From Porphyridium purpureum (taxonomy: Eukaryota): a stretch of DNA of 64,000 nucleotides. The notes beneath the pieces were generated by a model. That model saw only the letters and a program-made list of their open reading frames with translations, was not told the origin of the DNA and made no database searches. This document shows positions 41,204-52,131 of the stretch, one piece after another. The position numbers and the translations under genes are program-made. The stretch's first letter is position 1; each line of letters starts with the position of its first letter. Location: the NCBI GenBank assembly GCA_008690995.1, contig VRMN01000006.1, forward strand, positions 248,001 through 312,000, written 5' to 3'.

Positions 41204-42499
41204 ATGGCATCGGGTGCGGACGGCACCGACAGTGTGGTCCGTGACGGAGACTACGTGGTATTCCACACCTCGGACGACCGATGGAACTTTGCGCAGGTGA
41301 AGCGCGGCAACCGCGTGAGCCTGAACAGCAAGCGGCTCAAGGTCGACGCCGTCATCGGCTGTGAGTGGGGCAGTGTGTTCAGCCTCGGGCGGAACAAGGC
41401 CGAGCTCATACGAGAGATCGAGACCGTGTCGTTCGACACAGAGCTGCACCAGCTTTCGGAAGAGCTGCACACTGTATCGAATGGCGCCGAAGCACGCGAT
41501 GAAAATGAGGGCGCGGAAGCCGAGATCGATGAGGAGCTGGAGGTGGTCAGGGAAGACCGGCACGATGAGGCAGGAAAGGTCAGTTTAAAATCAGCAGATC
41601 TAATTGAGCTGGCTGTACGCAGCAACGTGAACTTTGAAGGCAAGAGCTTGCATGCCCGAAAGAAATTCATCATGCGAAAACACGCAAGGCTGCTCTTGCG
41701 CGTACGCATCTTGAAGCCTACAGGAAGGACATTGTGCAATGTCTACTGCGATCGCAATCCGCACGGTATTCTGGGCATGAGACTCGACACATTTTCCCTC
41801 GTGCTGACGCTCGCCAATGTGCGAGCCGACGGACATTACATGGTCATGGACCACGCGTTGGGTCTTTTGGTAGGTTCCGTCGCGCAACGCATGCGTGGAC
41901 ATGGCAAAGTGTTCAGTGTGTTTCAAGGCAGCACACCTGCGTGTGTCGAAATGATCAGAAGCTTTAATCTGAGCGCTGAAGAAACGAACAGCATTCGTCA
42001 CGTGCCTATTCATTTCCTGCCATCTGTCTTCCAGGATGCGCCGGACGATGATCTTCCGTTGAACTTTGCGACAGCACGCAGGGATCCGGGTTCTGCGACC
42101 GACCAGGAGCAGCGCTCCGACGTTAAGCGAGCGCGTCTGCTCGATGGATCCCACCCAAGCCGGCTCACAGGCCGTCCGACGGCTAGGCGAATGAAGTACT
42201 GGCTGCGAGCTGGATGTGAGTCGCTGATCATCGCCGCTCGCCATGATGCTTTACCGCTTGTGCACGCCATGCTGCCGTTTCTTGCAAGCTCAGGCAATCT
42301 TGTCGTCTTCGGAAATAACTTTCAGCCGATGGCAGAGCTACAATACGCGCTGAGTTGCACTCGAAGCTTTGCGCGCATTCAGCTGCATGAAACGTCTCTT
42401 GTGCATCATCAAGTCCTACCGGGCCGCTCACATCCCAAGATGTCAGAGCTGGCGAGCGGGGGCTATGTCCTAAGCGCAACTAAATTGACTGCCTCTTGA
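41204..42499 (+). CDS. TRM6: tRNA (adenine58-N1)-methyltransferase non-catalytic subunit Trm6/Gcd10
   Basis: FEGKSLHARKKFIMRK, MRLDTFSLVLTLANV, GLLVGSVAQRMRG, HQVLPGRSHPKM..GGYVLS. Confidence 0.93.
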   Translation: MASGADGTDSVVRDGDYVVFHTSDDRWNFAQVKRGNRVSLNSKRLKVDAVIGCEWGSVFSLGRNKAELIREIETVSFDTELHQLSEELHTVSNGAEARDENEGAEAEIDEELEVVREDRHDEAGKVSLKSADLIELAVRSNVNFEGKSLHARKKFIMRKHARLLLRVRILKPTGRTLCNVYCDRNPHGILGMRLDTFSLVLTLANVRADGHYMVMDHALGLLVGSVAQRMRGHGKVFSVFQGSTPACVEMIRSFNLSAEETNSIRHVPIHFLPSVFQDAPDDDLPLNFATARRDPGSATDQEQRSDVKRARLLDGSHPSRLTGRPTARRMKYWLRAGCESLIIAARHDALPLVHAMLPFLASSGNLVVFGNNFQPMAELQYALSCTRSFARIQLHETSLVHHQVLPGRSHPKMSELASGGYVLSATKLTAS

Positions 42500-42810
42500 T
42501 GGCTTGTGGACCCACTTCCACGAAGCAGCATGTTTCATATCCATCAATGGCTCCTTGCTCGGCTGGAACGCACGTTCGTCCTCTCCTGGACCTTTCCAAG
42601 GATTCACCTTGACTGCCGTGAAACCACGATCGCCACCTCCTGAAACCCGCGGCTCGCTTCTGGACCCGCTGTGACCCGCGCTCGAGAAACTTGGCTTCAT
42701 GAGGCCAGAGTACGTGTGAGCGGGAACGATCAGGACAGACTGACTGTGGATTGCAAAAGGGGACAGACAGGTGGAGCATTAGCGCCGTCATAGTCGTCTT
42801 CATCATCGCC

Positions 42811-45800
42811 ATGACATTGCCACGCGTCAATGCAGGTGGCGACGTGGGGGGTGCTGGCGCGGGCCAGGATGGCGACGAGGAGAAAAGAAAGCAGGCGCTC
42901 AAGACGCGCATGGAGCAGCTGAAGGAGAGTGGACGCGAGAAACGGAAGCGGAAGAATACTCATATTCCGGGCGGTGCGAGCTCTTTGGATGGAGCGACTC
43001 CGTGGCTGACCAGCTCCAACGGGCCAGGGACGTCCTCGAATGCAACTCCGCTGGGCGGTGGCGACGCCATGCTGGGGGATGATACCGATGAAGCCGGGCC
43101 TGACCCGGCAGAAGCGCTGGTTAAGAATATGAATGATCTTTCGACAACATCAAATGCATCCAAGGCGAGAGGGCTGGACAAGCCGCAGGGCGCCATGATT
43201 CAGCAGTATTTCAGTAGCATTAACAATTGCAATCGTGCTCCGCCCATGGAAATGGTCACGGCGGACCGATTCGGTGCGCTGCGTCTGTGCGAGCCCCTGC
43301 CGGACTCCAACCATACAAGTACCGACGCAGTTGTGACACAAAAGCTTGTGTTTGAGGAGCTGGCGTGTGTGTGCGGCAAAATCGATGTCAAGTATCATCC
43401 TCAGAGCGGAAATCTGGAGGTTACGTATGCTCTGCCCGATTTTCGTTACTCCTGGAAAATTCCGAAGGACTTGTACCGACCGGGTGCATGCTACTGGCGC
43501 TCGAATAGTGATATGCTCGCGCAGAAGGGCTTTGAATTGGTGCTGATGCTCAAACGTCCTCCTATCGTGATGTTCGAGGGTATGATGAAGCCGCACAGGC
43601 CGCCCAAGGCACATCCCTTTGGGATCTCGGGATTGCAGCCGACGCTTGAAATAACGCACACCCCGCCGGTGTCTATGGACGGGATGATATTCCGGGAGTG
43701 TCGATTTGCGCTGCACGAGCACAGCCGGCCGTTTGAAAACACTCTGTTTGCAGAAATGGACGCGCTCTCCATAAGCATTCAGTTTGCTGCCGCGAGCAGT
43801 ACCGGTGTGCCGCAGTCTGTGCTGCTCCATGAATTCTCTGCCAAAAAATGCTTTGCAGGATCACCGCAAGCGTACGAGGTGCGCAGACTAGTAGAAAGCC
43901 CCAGCGGGACTAATCCCCAGAACGCCTTCCATGACGAACTGAACAGGCTTCCATTTCACTCACGGTGGATGCTATACAACTGCTTGACGCAGAATTTGAT
44001 GGGCCCGCGCGCTGTGACATCAGACTTGGTGGATTGCTTATTGGAAGTCGAGCCCAAATTGCAGTATCATGCGTTGGACTTGGTGATGGTGAAAACGCGA
44101 GAGGAAAACCTGAAGCTGGGGCCAGTTTCTGCCCTGAGACGACTGTCGGCAGCAATCGAGGCCACAGTCAGAATGCAGACGCTGAACCTGGTCACCCCGA
44201 AAGATGAGCCAGCCTTCGGGTTCAACTTAATCGGGAACGTTGAAGTAAGTCCGTCCATGTTCTTTTGTCGCGGACCGGTCGCAGACCAGTCGAATCGCAT
44301 GCTTCGCAAGTACAAGGAACACGCAACCGACTTCATTCGGGTGAGCTTTGTGAGCGAGGACTTGGAGATGCTGCATGTGAACAGCGGCACGGACCAACTT
44401 GCAATTCGACGCGTGAGGAGGTGTCTCTTTGATGGTTTGGAGATCTTTGGTCGAAAGTACCAATTTCTGATGTACTCTCAGTCCATGCTGAAAAACTGCA
44501 GCTGCTGGTTCCTGGACTGTAAGAGCACTCTTAATGTGGAGGAGGTGCGCAGGTGGATGGGTGACGACAGCAATATTGGGCATCCGGGCAAACAGGCAGC
44601 GCGGCTAGGTCTGTGTCTGTCTGCCACCTTCCCCAGCATCAACCTGGACAGGAGTGAGTACTTGCTGGAGGACGATAAGCTCAGCGACAACGGTTCGTAC
44701 GAGATGACGAATGGTTGTGGTCTCATTTCACCAGCCGCGGCGCACGATATCTGGCGCGTTCTCGTAGAACAAAAAGTGATGACAAAGCAGTCATACTGCC
44801 CTTCCGCGTTCCAGATCCGGTATGGTGGGTACAAGGGCATGTTGGTCGTGTCGGACCGCGTACCCCTTGGCAAAAAGGTTGTATTTCGCAAAAGCATGCG
44901 GAAAATCAGCGCGGATGAGAGAGTGCTTGAAATTTGTGAGTGGAGTCGTTTTCGGCCAGCCTTTTTGAATCGCCAGATTGTCATTGAAATCAATGCTCTG
45001 GGCGTTTCAGACGCGACTTTGGAGAAAAAGCAGCAACAGTATGTGGAGGACATTGTCCGAATTGTTGACCAGCCTGCATGTGCGATCAACCTATTGTGGT
45101 CTGGAGGAACAGGGGCCGTGCGGGACTGGGAACTGTGCCTGGCCATGCTTTTGCATGTTGGCTTTCCGTTGGACAGCGATCGTTTTCTGTACCAGACACT
45201 TTTCGATATTGTCAGGTGGAACCTGCAGCTGATTCGCAAGAAGAACCGAATTCATGTGCGTGACGGCACGCTTCTATTCGGCGTGGCCGACCCTACTGAA
45301 ACGCTCGTCGGCGATGAAGTCCTTGTGCAATACCGCACCCTGCGAAGCGGCAGTCAGACCGAGTACGAAGATCATGTCCTCGAGGGTGCCGTGACCGTAA
45401 CCCGAAACCCGTGCATGTATCCAGGCGATGTGCGCGTGCTGCGTGCCGTGCGACCCTCGAACGACGCGCTTGCTGCCCTAAAAGACGTCATTGTATTTCC
45501 GGTCATCGGCAGTTATCCGTGTGCCAAGATGATGGGAAATGGCGATATGGACGGCGATTTGTTTTCGATATACTTTGATCGGGACCTGATCCCGACTAAT
45601 GGCGCTGATCCTTTGATGTACGAAAAGCAGGACCCTATGGAGCCTCCAGATTGGACCGAAGATGGCTACCAGCATTTCTTCATCGAGCACATGCTGCACA
45701 ACACCATCGGACAAATTTCGAATGCGGCGATAGTGCATGCCGATAAAAATGGGGCTTGGTCACAGGAGTGCATGATTCTCGCCAACATGGCAAACAACGC

Positions 45801-46446
45801 GCTCAACTATCAAAAATCCGGCATCCGTGTTCAGCTGCCAGACACGCTGCGCGTCAAGGTGTATCCGGATTTCATGGAAAAATTTGACCGCCCGGCCTAC
45901 CGTTCGGAAAAGGTGTGCGGCAAGCTGTATCGCAAGATCGTCGATTACCACAACGCCTTCGAGCGGCGAATCCAGGACCCGGTGCCGTTTCAGAGAAACA
46001 GAATGCTGCTGTGGGACGGGTACGAAGAGTACATATTGCAGGCTAACAAGATCAAGCACATGTATGATATCGACTTGGAACAGCTCATGAATCAGTACGG
46101 TGTTCGGTCTGAGTCTCAGTTCTTTTCGGGTTGCCTCGGCAACCAGGAAGACCGCCACTTCGTGAACAAGGACTGGAACGAGCTCGAACGGATAAGCACC
46201 GCCTTGGAGGTGCTCAAGAAGAAATACCGTGATATTTTCCTCAAAGGTCTTGGAGAAAGGGCGGAGTCACGTGAGGAGCAAATGAAAAAGGCAAGCGCAT
46301 GGTACTGGGTCTCGTATCGTGGCGACGGAACAAGCTGCCCAGGAGGGCGCCAAGTCCGTTTATACTCCTTCGCGTGGCTGCATGCAGTGCTGCTGTCCGA
46401 GGTGTACCTGCAAAAGCGGACCGCTTCCAGCATGGAGCTGGGCTGA
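42811..46446 (+). CDS. RDR: Cellular RNA-dependent RNA polymerase (RNAi-type RdRP)
   Basis: SNRMLRKY, FIRVSF, KQAARLG, PSAFQIRYGGYKG, LNRQIV, RNPCMYPGD, catalytic DMDGD, YPDFMEK, KASAWYWVSY, SFAW. Confidence 0.96.
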   Translation: MTLPRVNAGGDVGGAGAGQDGDEEKRKQALKTRMEQLKESGREKRKRKNTHIPGGASSLDGATPWLTSSNGPGTSSNATPLGGGDAMLGDDTDEAGPDPAEALVKNMNDLSTTSNASKARGLDKPQGAMIQQYFSSINNCNRAPPMEMVTADRFGALRLCEPLPDSNHTSTDAVVTQKLVFEELACVCGKIDVKYHPQSGNLEVTYALPDFRYSWKIPKDLYRPGACYWRSNSDMLAQKGFELVLMLKRPPIVMFEGMMKPHRPPKAHPFGISGLQPTLEITHTPPVSMDGMIFRECRFALHEHSRPFENTLFAEMDALSISIQFAAASSTGVPQSVLLHEFSAKKCFAGSPQAYEVRRLVESPSGTNPQNAFHDELNRLPFHSRWMLYNCLTQNLMGPRAVTSDLVDCLLEVEPKLQYHALDLVMVKTREENLKLGPVSALRRLSAAIEATVRMQTLNLVTPKDEPAFGFNLIGNVEVSPSMFFCRGPVADQSNRMLRKYKEHATDFIRVSFVSEDLEMLHVNSGTDQLAIRRVRRCLFDGLEIFGRKYQFLMYSQSMLKNCSCWFLDCKSTLNVEEVRRWMGDDSNIGHPGKQAARLGLCLSATFPSINLDRSEYLLEDDKLSDNGSYEMTNGCGLISPAAAHDIWRVLVEQKVMTKQSYCPSAFQIRYGGYKGMLVVSDRVPLGKKVVFRKSMRKISADERVLEICEWSRFRPAFLNRQIVIEINALGVSDATLEKKQQQYVEDIVRIVDQPACAINLLWSGGTGAVRDWELCLAMLLHVGFPLDSDRFLYQTLFDIVRWNLQLIRKKNRIHVRDGTLLFGVADPTETLVGDEVLVQYRTLRSGSQTEYEDHVLEGAVTVTRNPCMYPGDVRVLRAVRPSNDALAALKDVIVFPVIGSYPCAKMMGNGDMDGDLFSIYFDRDLIPTNGADPLMYEKQDPMEPPDWTEDGYQHFFIEHMLHNTIGQISNAAIVHADKNGAWSQECMILANMANNALNYQKSGIRVQLPDTLRVKVYPDFMEKFDRPAYRSEKVCGKLYRKIVDYHNAFERRIQDPVPFQRNRMLLWDGYEEYILQANKIKHMYDIDLEQLMNQYGVRSESQFFSGCLGNQEDRHFVNKDWNELERISTALEVLKKKYRDIFLKGLGERAESREEQMKKASAWYWVSYRGDGTSCPGGRQVRLYSFAWLHAVLLSEVYLQKRTASSMELG

Positions 46447-46501
46447 AAAGGGTGGACCATGCTTGTTTGCTGAAAGTTGTTCACACTACTGTGGAGCTGT
46501 C

Positions 46502-47656
46502 TCAAGTAAACTCGAGCTTTCGTTTGCCGAGTGAATTCGAAATTTCCATGCCCTTTGGGCCCGTGGACGGTATTGCCGTTGCCGGCGCCGAGTCAGTTCT
46601 GGGCGCTGGGGTTTCCAAAGGCGTGCTCGCTTCATCTGCATCCGTCCAAATGTGAGCGGGCAAGTCGCGCGAGATGCACTTGCCCCTGCGCAACGCAGCA
46701 AGAAGCTCCTTCGCCGAACACGGTAGCGGCTCTTCCACGAAGTAAGCGTGCTCTAGTGCTTGTCTTGCGCTGCTCCGCTTGTTTGGGTCGAGCTCCAGCA
46801 TGGCGCTCAACAGATCGCGGCCGCTGCTGCTCAGCGACGGGAAAATGGTCTCATCGGACGGTGGTGGCACGGTGGCCTGGAATTTGACAAAGTCCGGCAG
46901 CTGGTAGCAGTTTTTCCACACATTCTCGTCCGCACATCCACGAGCCGCAAATATCCTTTTCAGCTGGTCCATATCGCTTTCACCCGGAAAATAGGGCGCG
47001 CGCAGAATCAATTCAGCGAAAATGCAACCCATACTCCAGATGTCCACGGGCGCGCCATAATTTGACGAGCCAAACAGCAGCTCCGGCGGCCGATACCAGC
47101 GCGTAATGACCATATTTGTCAGCCTTTTCTGGTTGACGTCTGCGTGCAATTTCGCCAGGCCGAAATCGGTGATTTTGAGCTGGCCGTCTGCACCAATCAG
47201 CACATTGCCTGGTTTCAGATCACGATGTAATGTCCAGCTCGCGTGCAAATATTCGAGCGCCTTGAGCATCATGCGCATCATGCATTTGATGTGCGAAGGA
47301 AGAAGCACCAGCGCGCGGTCATTGATCACGCCCTCGAGGTCCGTGACCGCAAACTCAAACACGAGATTTACATTGTTGCTAGCCTTGGACGCAAATACGT
47401 CCAGCATGGAAATCACGTTGGGGTGATGCAGCTCCTGCAACAGCTTAATTTCGCGAACGGCAGGAATCGACACGCCTTCCTCCTTTTTCCCCATGCGCAC
47501 TTTTTTAATGGCAACTATGCGATTGTGATGCCGCAGGTCGCGCGCCATGTACACCACACCAAACGTGCCCTCTCCGATCTGTCGAACCTTTTCGTACCGC
47601 TCCGGTCCGCTGCCGCGCTGCTGCGCGTGCCTGTGCTCGCCGCTGACATCCACCAT
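46502..47656 (-). CDS. CDK7: Cyclin-dependent kinase CDK7/CDKD (CAK, TFIIH kinase)
   Basis: GEGTFG, GVSIPAVREIKLLQEL, HRDLKPGN, DFGLAK, VITRWYRPPELLFG. First ATG at 47656. Confidence 0.85.
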   Translation of the reverse strand: MVDVSGEHRHAQQRGSGPERYEKVRQIGEGTFGVVYMARDLRHHNRIVAIKKVRMGKKEEGVSIPAVREIKLLQELHHPNVISMLDVFASKASNNVNLVFEFAVTDLEGVINDRALVLLPSHIKCMMRMMLKALEYLHASWTLHRDLKPGNVLIGADGQLKITDFGLAKLHADVNQKRLTNMVITRWYRPPELLFGSSNYGAPVDIWSMGCIFAELILRAPYFPGESDMDQLKRIFAARGCADENVWKNCYQLPDFVKFQATVPPPSDETIFPSLSSSGRDLLSAMLELDPNKRSSARQALEHAYFVEEPLPCSAKELLAALRRGKCISRDLPAHIWTDADEASTPLETPAPRTDSAPATAIPSTGPKGMEISNSLGKRKLEFT

Positions 47657-48084
47657 GGCGTTCCAAACCGCTGACACGGGCACAAACGCAGCAAAGTCGC
47701 TCGGTCTCGTCGACTTGGCACCAACACACCGCCAAGCGCCTTTATTTGTGTCAGTTCCGGCTGATGATCCAAGACGTGCTAGCGGGAAGGAGGCGGTGAG
47801 TGGAAGAGTTTGTCGTTGGTCGCAGGTGCAGTAGTTGTAGTTGGTGCTTTTGCGTGGACGTCACTGAAGCAGCGCCCCGCAGCTTTCCCAATCGGTATCA
47901 TCGCTGTCAGAGTCATCCTATTCCTGGTGCGGTTGGTTGAAGCGTGAGCCGCTGAACGAGCGCAATCATGTCGGACGAGTAAGTTGTGTTTCAACGCGTG
48001 GCTGGCGCTCCCTGCGGAAAACTGTTTGCGTCTTGGCGCTTGTCAAGGCGGAGTGAGGAGCAAACTCGAGGTGGCGATCACTTC

Positions 48085-48413
48085 ATGGATGACGGTAGTG
48101 ATAGTTCCGTTGATGGTTGATGATATCTAACGAGTTGACAATTTCTTGGCTGCCTTTTTCCTCAACGCGATATTGTGTGGCTCGAATGGGTTGAATCGAT
48201 AGGGGAAAGCCGAAGATTCCGTCTGGGCTGGAGGCGATGCTTGCGGCCGGGCCCAAGAAGGGCGCCGGGTTCCTGAAGGAGCAGCAGACGGCGGTCCCGG
48301 AGTCTGAGCGAGTGAAAACGGAGGAGCAGGCCGGTGCGAATGCCGCGATGGCCGAGATCATGAAGCAGGCCGCGGCCAAGGGCGCTGCGGAGGAGGCGAA
48401 GAAGGCCGAGTAG
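48085..48413 (+). CDS. Small Ala/Glu/Lys-rich protein (~70 aa), probably with one intron (~48095-48202); missed by the ORF track
   Basis: Strongly GC3-biased frame GKPKIPSGLEAMLAAGPKKGAGFLKEQ..AEEAKKAE ending at TAG 48411-48413. Upstream AT-richer segment has GT at 48095, CTAAC at 48127 and TAG at 48200-48202. Confidence 0.55.
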
Positions 48414-48686
48414 GCGCGAACGACGCGCGCTCGCCTGTACCCCTGTGTGTACGTGAGCCAACGCAGATGCGGCGGCAGTCCTTTGCGCACGCCGAAGGAC
48501 ACGTCTTGCGAGCTGTCCCCCATAGCGTATGCAGTACTGCGATGCATCGTACTCAATCAGGCCGTTTTACTATAAACACCAGCGGTTTCTCGCGCATTGT
48601 CAAACGGTTGATGCGCGTGTCCCCAACCAACCCGGACCGAACCGAAAAACGGAAGGCCACGCACTCAGCAACGACTGTACCGCAAT

Positions 48687-48726
48687 GTTCAGTCGGAGAG
48701 GGTTCAGTTGGATAGTGTTCAGTCGG
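48687..48726. promoter_or_regulatory. Three phased direct repeats GTTCAGTYGG (15-bp period) upstream of sulfite oxidase
   Basis: Copies at 48687, 48702 and 48717. Confidence 0.5.
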
Positions 48727-48880
48727 TTGAAATCCGCATGGGCGCGCATTCCGCGCGAGCTGAACGGTTTTGTGTGTGTAGCTGGAGATGATGGCCTGAC
48801 ATGGACGTGGTGTCGGCTGCAGACAGGGAGGGAGAGAGAGACTGTGTGCGGGCGTGTGGGAGGCAGCGATGGGTGTGTCG

Positions 48881-50636
48881 ATGCTGTCGAGATGTGCTTC
48901 GCGCATCCACGCCCAGCGGCGGTGGATCTCGGCCCGGGTGCCAGGCGTGGCGGTGGCCGCGCTGCATGTCGCTGGCAACGAGCGTGCGCGTGCCACAGCG
49001 CGCGCCCCGCGAGGCGGCGCCGGCGCTGGCGGCGCTGGGTGCAGGCGCCGCGGCTGCCGGAGCCGTGTGCTGGTGGGAGCAGCGCGAGCTGGAATTGGGT
49101 CCGCTGCGTCACCGCTGGATGGATGTGAGATGCGACGACGCCGCGAAGGCGGTTGCGTCGGGACCGGGCCAGTTCAAGCACGGACTGCCCACATACTCGC
49201 GCGATCAAGTGGTCAAGCACACCAGCAAGCAAAGTGGCGGCATCTGGGTGGTGTACAATCAGGGCATATACGACATTACCGAGTTTGTGGAGAACCATCC
49301 AGGAGGCGCAGACCGCATCATGCTGGCGGCGGGAAATACCATTCAGCCGTTCTGGAACATCTATTCGCAGCATAAGGAAGAGTGGGTGTACGAGACGCTG
49401 GAGGAATTGCGCGTGGGTAATTTGAGCGCACAGGACGCCGCCTATTTCCGCGAGCACGCGCCCCACTACTCGGACCCGTACGCCAAGGAGCCCAAGCGAG
49501 ATCCGACGCTGCTCGTTCGCTCAGAACAGCCATTCACCGCTGAACCCCCGCTGGACATCCTTGCGCAGCAAATGGTCACTCCGACGGACCTCTTCTACAA
49601 GCGCAACCACCTGCCAGTGCCTTCACCAACAGAAACTGATCCGAGCGCATACAAGGTGACCCTGAGCGTCGAAGGGCAGACCAACGGCATCAGCATTGCA
49701 CTCAGTGACTTGAAAAAACTGCCCAAACACTCGGTCATGAGCGCAGTGCAGTGTGGCGGTAATCGTAGAGATGAATTTTCGACGGTCAAGCAGGTGAAAG
49801 GTGGTCACTGGGACGCTGGCGCGATCAGCAACGCGGTTTGGTCCGGCGCGCTGCTCATTGACGTTCTGGAAAGCATTGGTGTATCTCCGTCGGATCCGGA
49901 CATCAAGCATGTAGAGTTTATAGGCCTCGACAAGGACCCCACGACCGGCGTAACCTATGCAGCGTCAGTGCCTGTCGAGATGGCGTTGGACCCCAAATCA
50001 CAAGTCCTGCTTGCGTATGAGATGAACGACGAGGAGCTTCCGCGAGATCACGGATTTCCGCTACGAGCAGTGGTGCCTGGCGTTGTCGGAGCGCGAAACG
50101 TGAAATGGCTCTCGCAGATCAAGTTTAGCCACGGTGAGTGCGACTCGCACTGGCAGCAGAGCGACTACAAATCCTTTTCGCCCAGCGTGGACTGGAGCAA
50201 TGTCGACTACTCGAAAGCACCCGCCATTCAGGAAATGCCCGTAACGAGCACAGTGTGCTCGCCCTTGCACGGTGCTTCCATTGATGCAAGCGCGCAAAGC
50301 GTCACGGTGAGAGGCTACGCGTACAGCGGGGGCGGACGCGGCATCATCCGCGTGGATGTCAGCGCTGATGGAGGCAAGACCTGGCACGACGCCACGCTGC
50401 AGACGCCGCCCGACCAGAAGCGCAATCAAGTGTATGGATGGACGCTTTGGGAAGTCACGCTTCCCCTGCCTACACAAGCAGACGCCCCCGGCGACATTGA
50501 AATTGTTTGCAAGGCGGTTGACTCACAGTACAACGTCCAGCCAGAAACGCTTGACTCGATCTGGAATATTCGCGGGCTGCTCAACAATTCTTGGCATCGC
50601 ATCACAATACATCGCGGTGCAGCGACTACGAGCTAA
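48881..50636 (+). CDS. SUOX: Sulfite oxidase (cytochrome b5 + Moco + dimerisation domains), mitochondrial type
   Basis: YDITEFVENHPGG heme domain; FYKRNH, QCGGNRR, DHGFPLR, GARNVKW, GYAYSGGGRGI, WNIRG. A presequence-like ATG at 48881 is in another frame; the in-frame ATG is 48966. Confidence 0.95.
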
Positions 50637-50672
50637 TAAAAGGCAGAGGGGGGTTGAATGGGTGCTCAAGTA

Positions 50673-51998
50673 CTAGCTGAGGTAGTCTTCGCGATGCAGA
50701 TGTGATACGCCCGGTAGCGTTTGTAATGTACTGCGGTCGTGCGCTTGAACTGTGTCCATGCTGTCGACTTCGAATGGCATTTCGAGCATCATCTCGTTCC
50801 AGTGGAGGCATTTGCGCACGCTTGCAAACCAGTCCTCCGACGTGCTTCTTCTTGCAAAGACCACCACGGGCCATGCGCTCTTCGAAATCAGCAGACTCTC
50901 CTGTTTATCCAAGGGTCCGATGGAGCGTCCATCCACTCGCACCTGAGCGCCCCGTCGCGCGTTGTCGGCCGGCTTGACGATCAACGCGCACGTATCCGGG
51001 AGAATTATTGGACGGAACGACAGCGAGTGCGGGCAAATTGGAGTGAACAAAATCGCCTTGACCATAGGATGGACCATGCTCCCATTGCAGCTCAGCGAGT
51101 ACGCTGTCGAGCCTGTGGTTGTTGATATGACGCAGCCGTCTGCCTGCACACGAGTCAGCAAGACACCATCGCAGTATGCGTCCAGATTGGACAGGCCCGG
51201 GTCATTTCCTCGTTCCAGTACGATATCGTTCAGCACTTGCGTTTGCTCGACATGGAAATGTCCGTCTGCTCCCTTCCGCGATATGCTCAGCGACAGTCGT
51301 GAGCGCACCGTGGCCGGGTGCTTATCGTTCGAACGCGTCACGATTCGACGAAGCACGTCAAATACTTGGGTGTGGTCGAACGGGTTCATGAATCCCATGC
51401 TGCCCAGATTAAACGAAGCGATTGGGGGCAGAAACCCGGCGCCAAACATTTGGCTACAAATGTGCAAGAGCAGGCCATCGCCGCCCAGACAGACAACCAG
51501 GTCGATTTCGGGCCGGATACGCGCGTCGAACGGCAAAATCTGGTCGCGGCAGTCGAGCGCACCACTTTCGCGCACCTGTTCGACGCATCCTTCATCGCTA
51601 TACACCAACAAGCCCAGCTCAGAGCTCAGGAACTTCACAACACGTGGCGCGAGCGCGATGGCCGCCTCGCTTGCGTGTGAGCGAATGAGCAAAACACGTT
51701 CCGGGCGGTGAAGGTATCGCAGCGCGACCTCTCCGTCTGACGCGGCATCTAACACCGCCATTTCGCGGCCATAATACGTTAACACTCGCGGATGGTCCAC
51801 CTGGTCCTGCTGCCACACCGCCGATGAAGACATCCGTCCGGATGCACCGGCAGCCGTGGCGAAAGCCTCATGACACGTGCGTGCTTTCCCTTCGGACCTG
51901 GCACTTCTTCTCAAACTTGCTGCACGGGCGCCGTCCTTGAGGCGAAGCACACTGGGCGCACGCGCGCACCGCCGCAACAGCAACTGACTCGCGCACAT
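50673..51998 (-). CDS. NADK: NAD+ kinase
   Basis: CLGGDG, FNLGSMGF, VLND, QADG..STTTGSTAYSLS, TPICPHSLSFRP. Likely ATG at 51998 with an organellar presequence. Confidence 0.92.
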   Translation of the reverse strand: MCASQLLLRRCARAPSVLRLKDGARAASLRRSARSEGKARTCHEAFATAAGASGRMSSSAVWQQDQVDHPRVLTYYGREMAVLDAASDGEVALRYLHRPERVLLIRSHASEAAIALAPRVVKFLSSELGLLVYSDEGCVEQVRESGALDCRDQILPFDARIRPEIDLVVCLGGDGLLLHICSQMFGAGFLPPIASFNLGSMGFMNPFDHTQVFDVLRRIVTRSNDKHPATVRSRLSLSISRKGADGHFHVEQTQVLNDIVLERGNDPGLSNLDAYCDGVLLTRVQADGCVISTTTGSTAYSLSCNGSMVHPMVKAILFTPICPHSLSFRPIILPDTCALIVKPADNARRGAQVRVDGRSIGPLDKQESLLISKSAWPVVVFARRSTSEDWFASVRKCLHWNEMMLEMPFEVDSMDTVQAHDRSTLQTLPGVSHLHREDYLS

Positions 51999-52131
51999 AC
52001 CACACGCTGCTCCCGCATGTCTACCCTTTCGTGCGCGGCACGCATACAAGACGTTGGCAGGCGGCACTTCATGCACGAGACAGGCGGCGGCGCAGGAATT
52101 GTTCGGAGCGCAAAGGCGGGAGCCACCAAGG

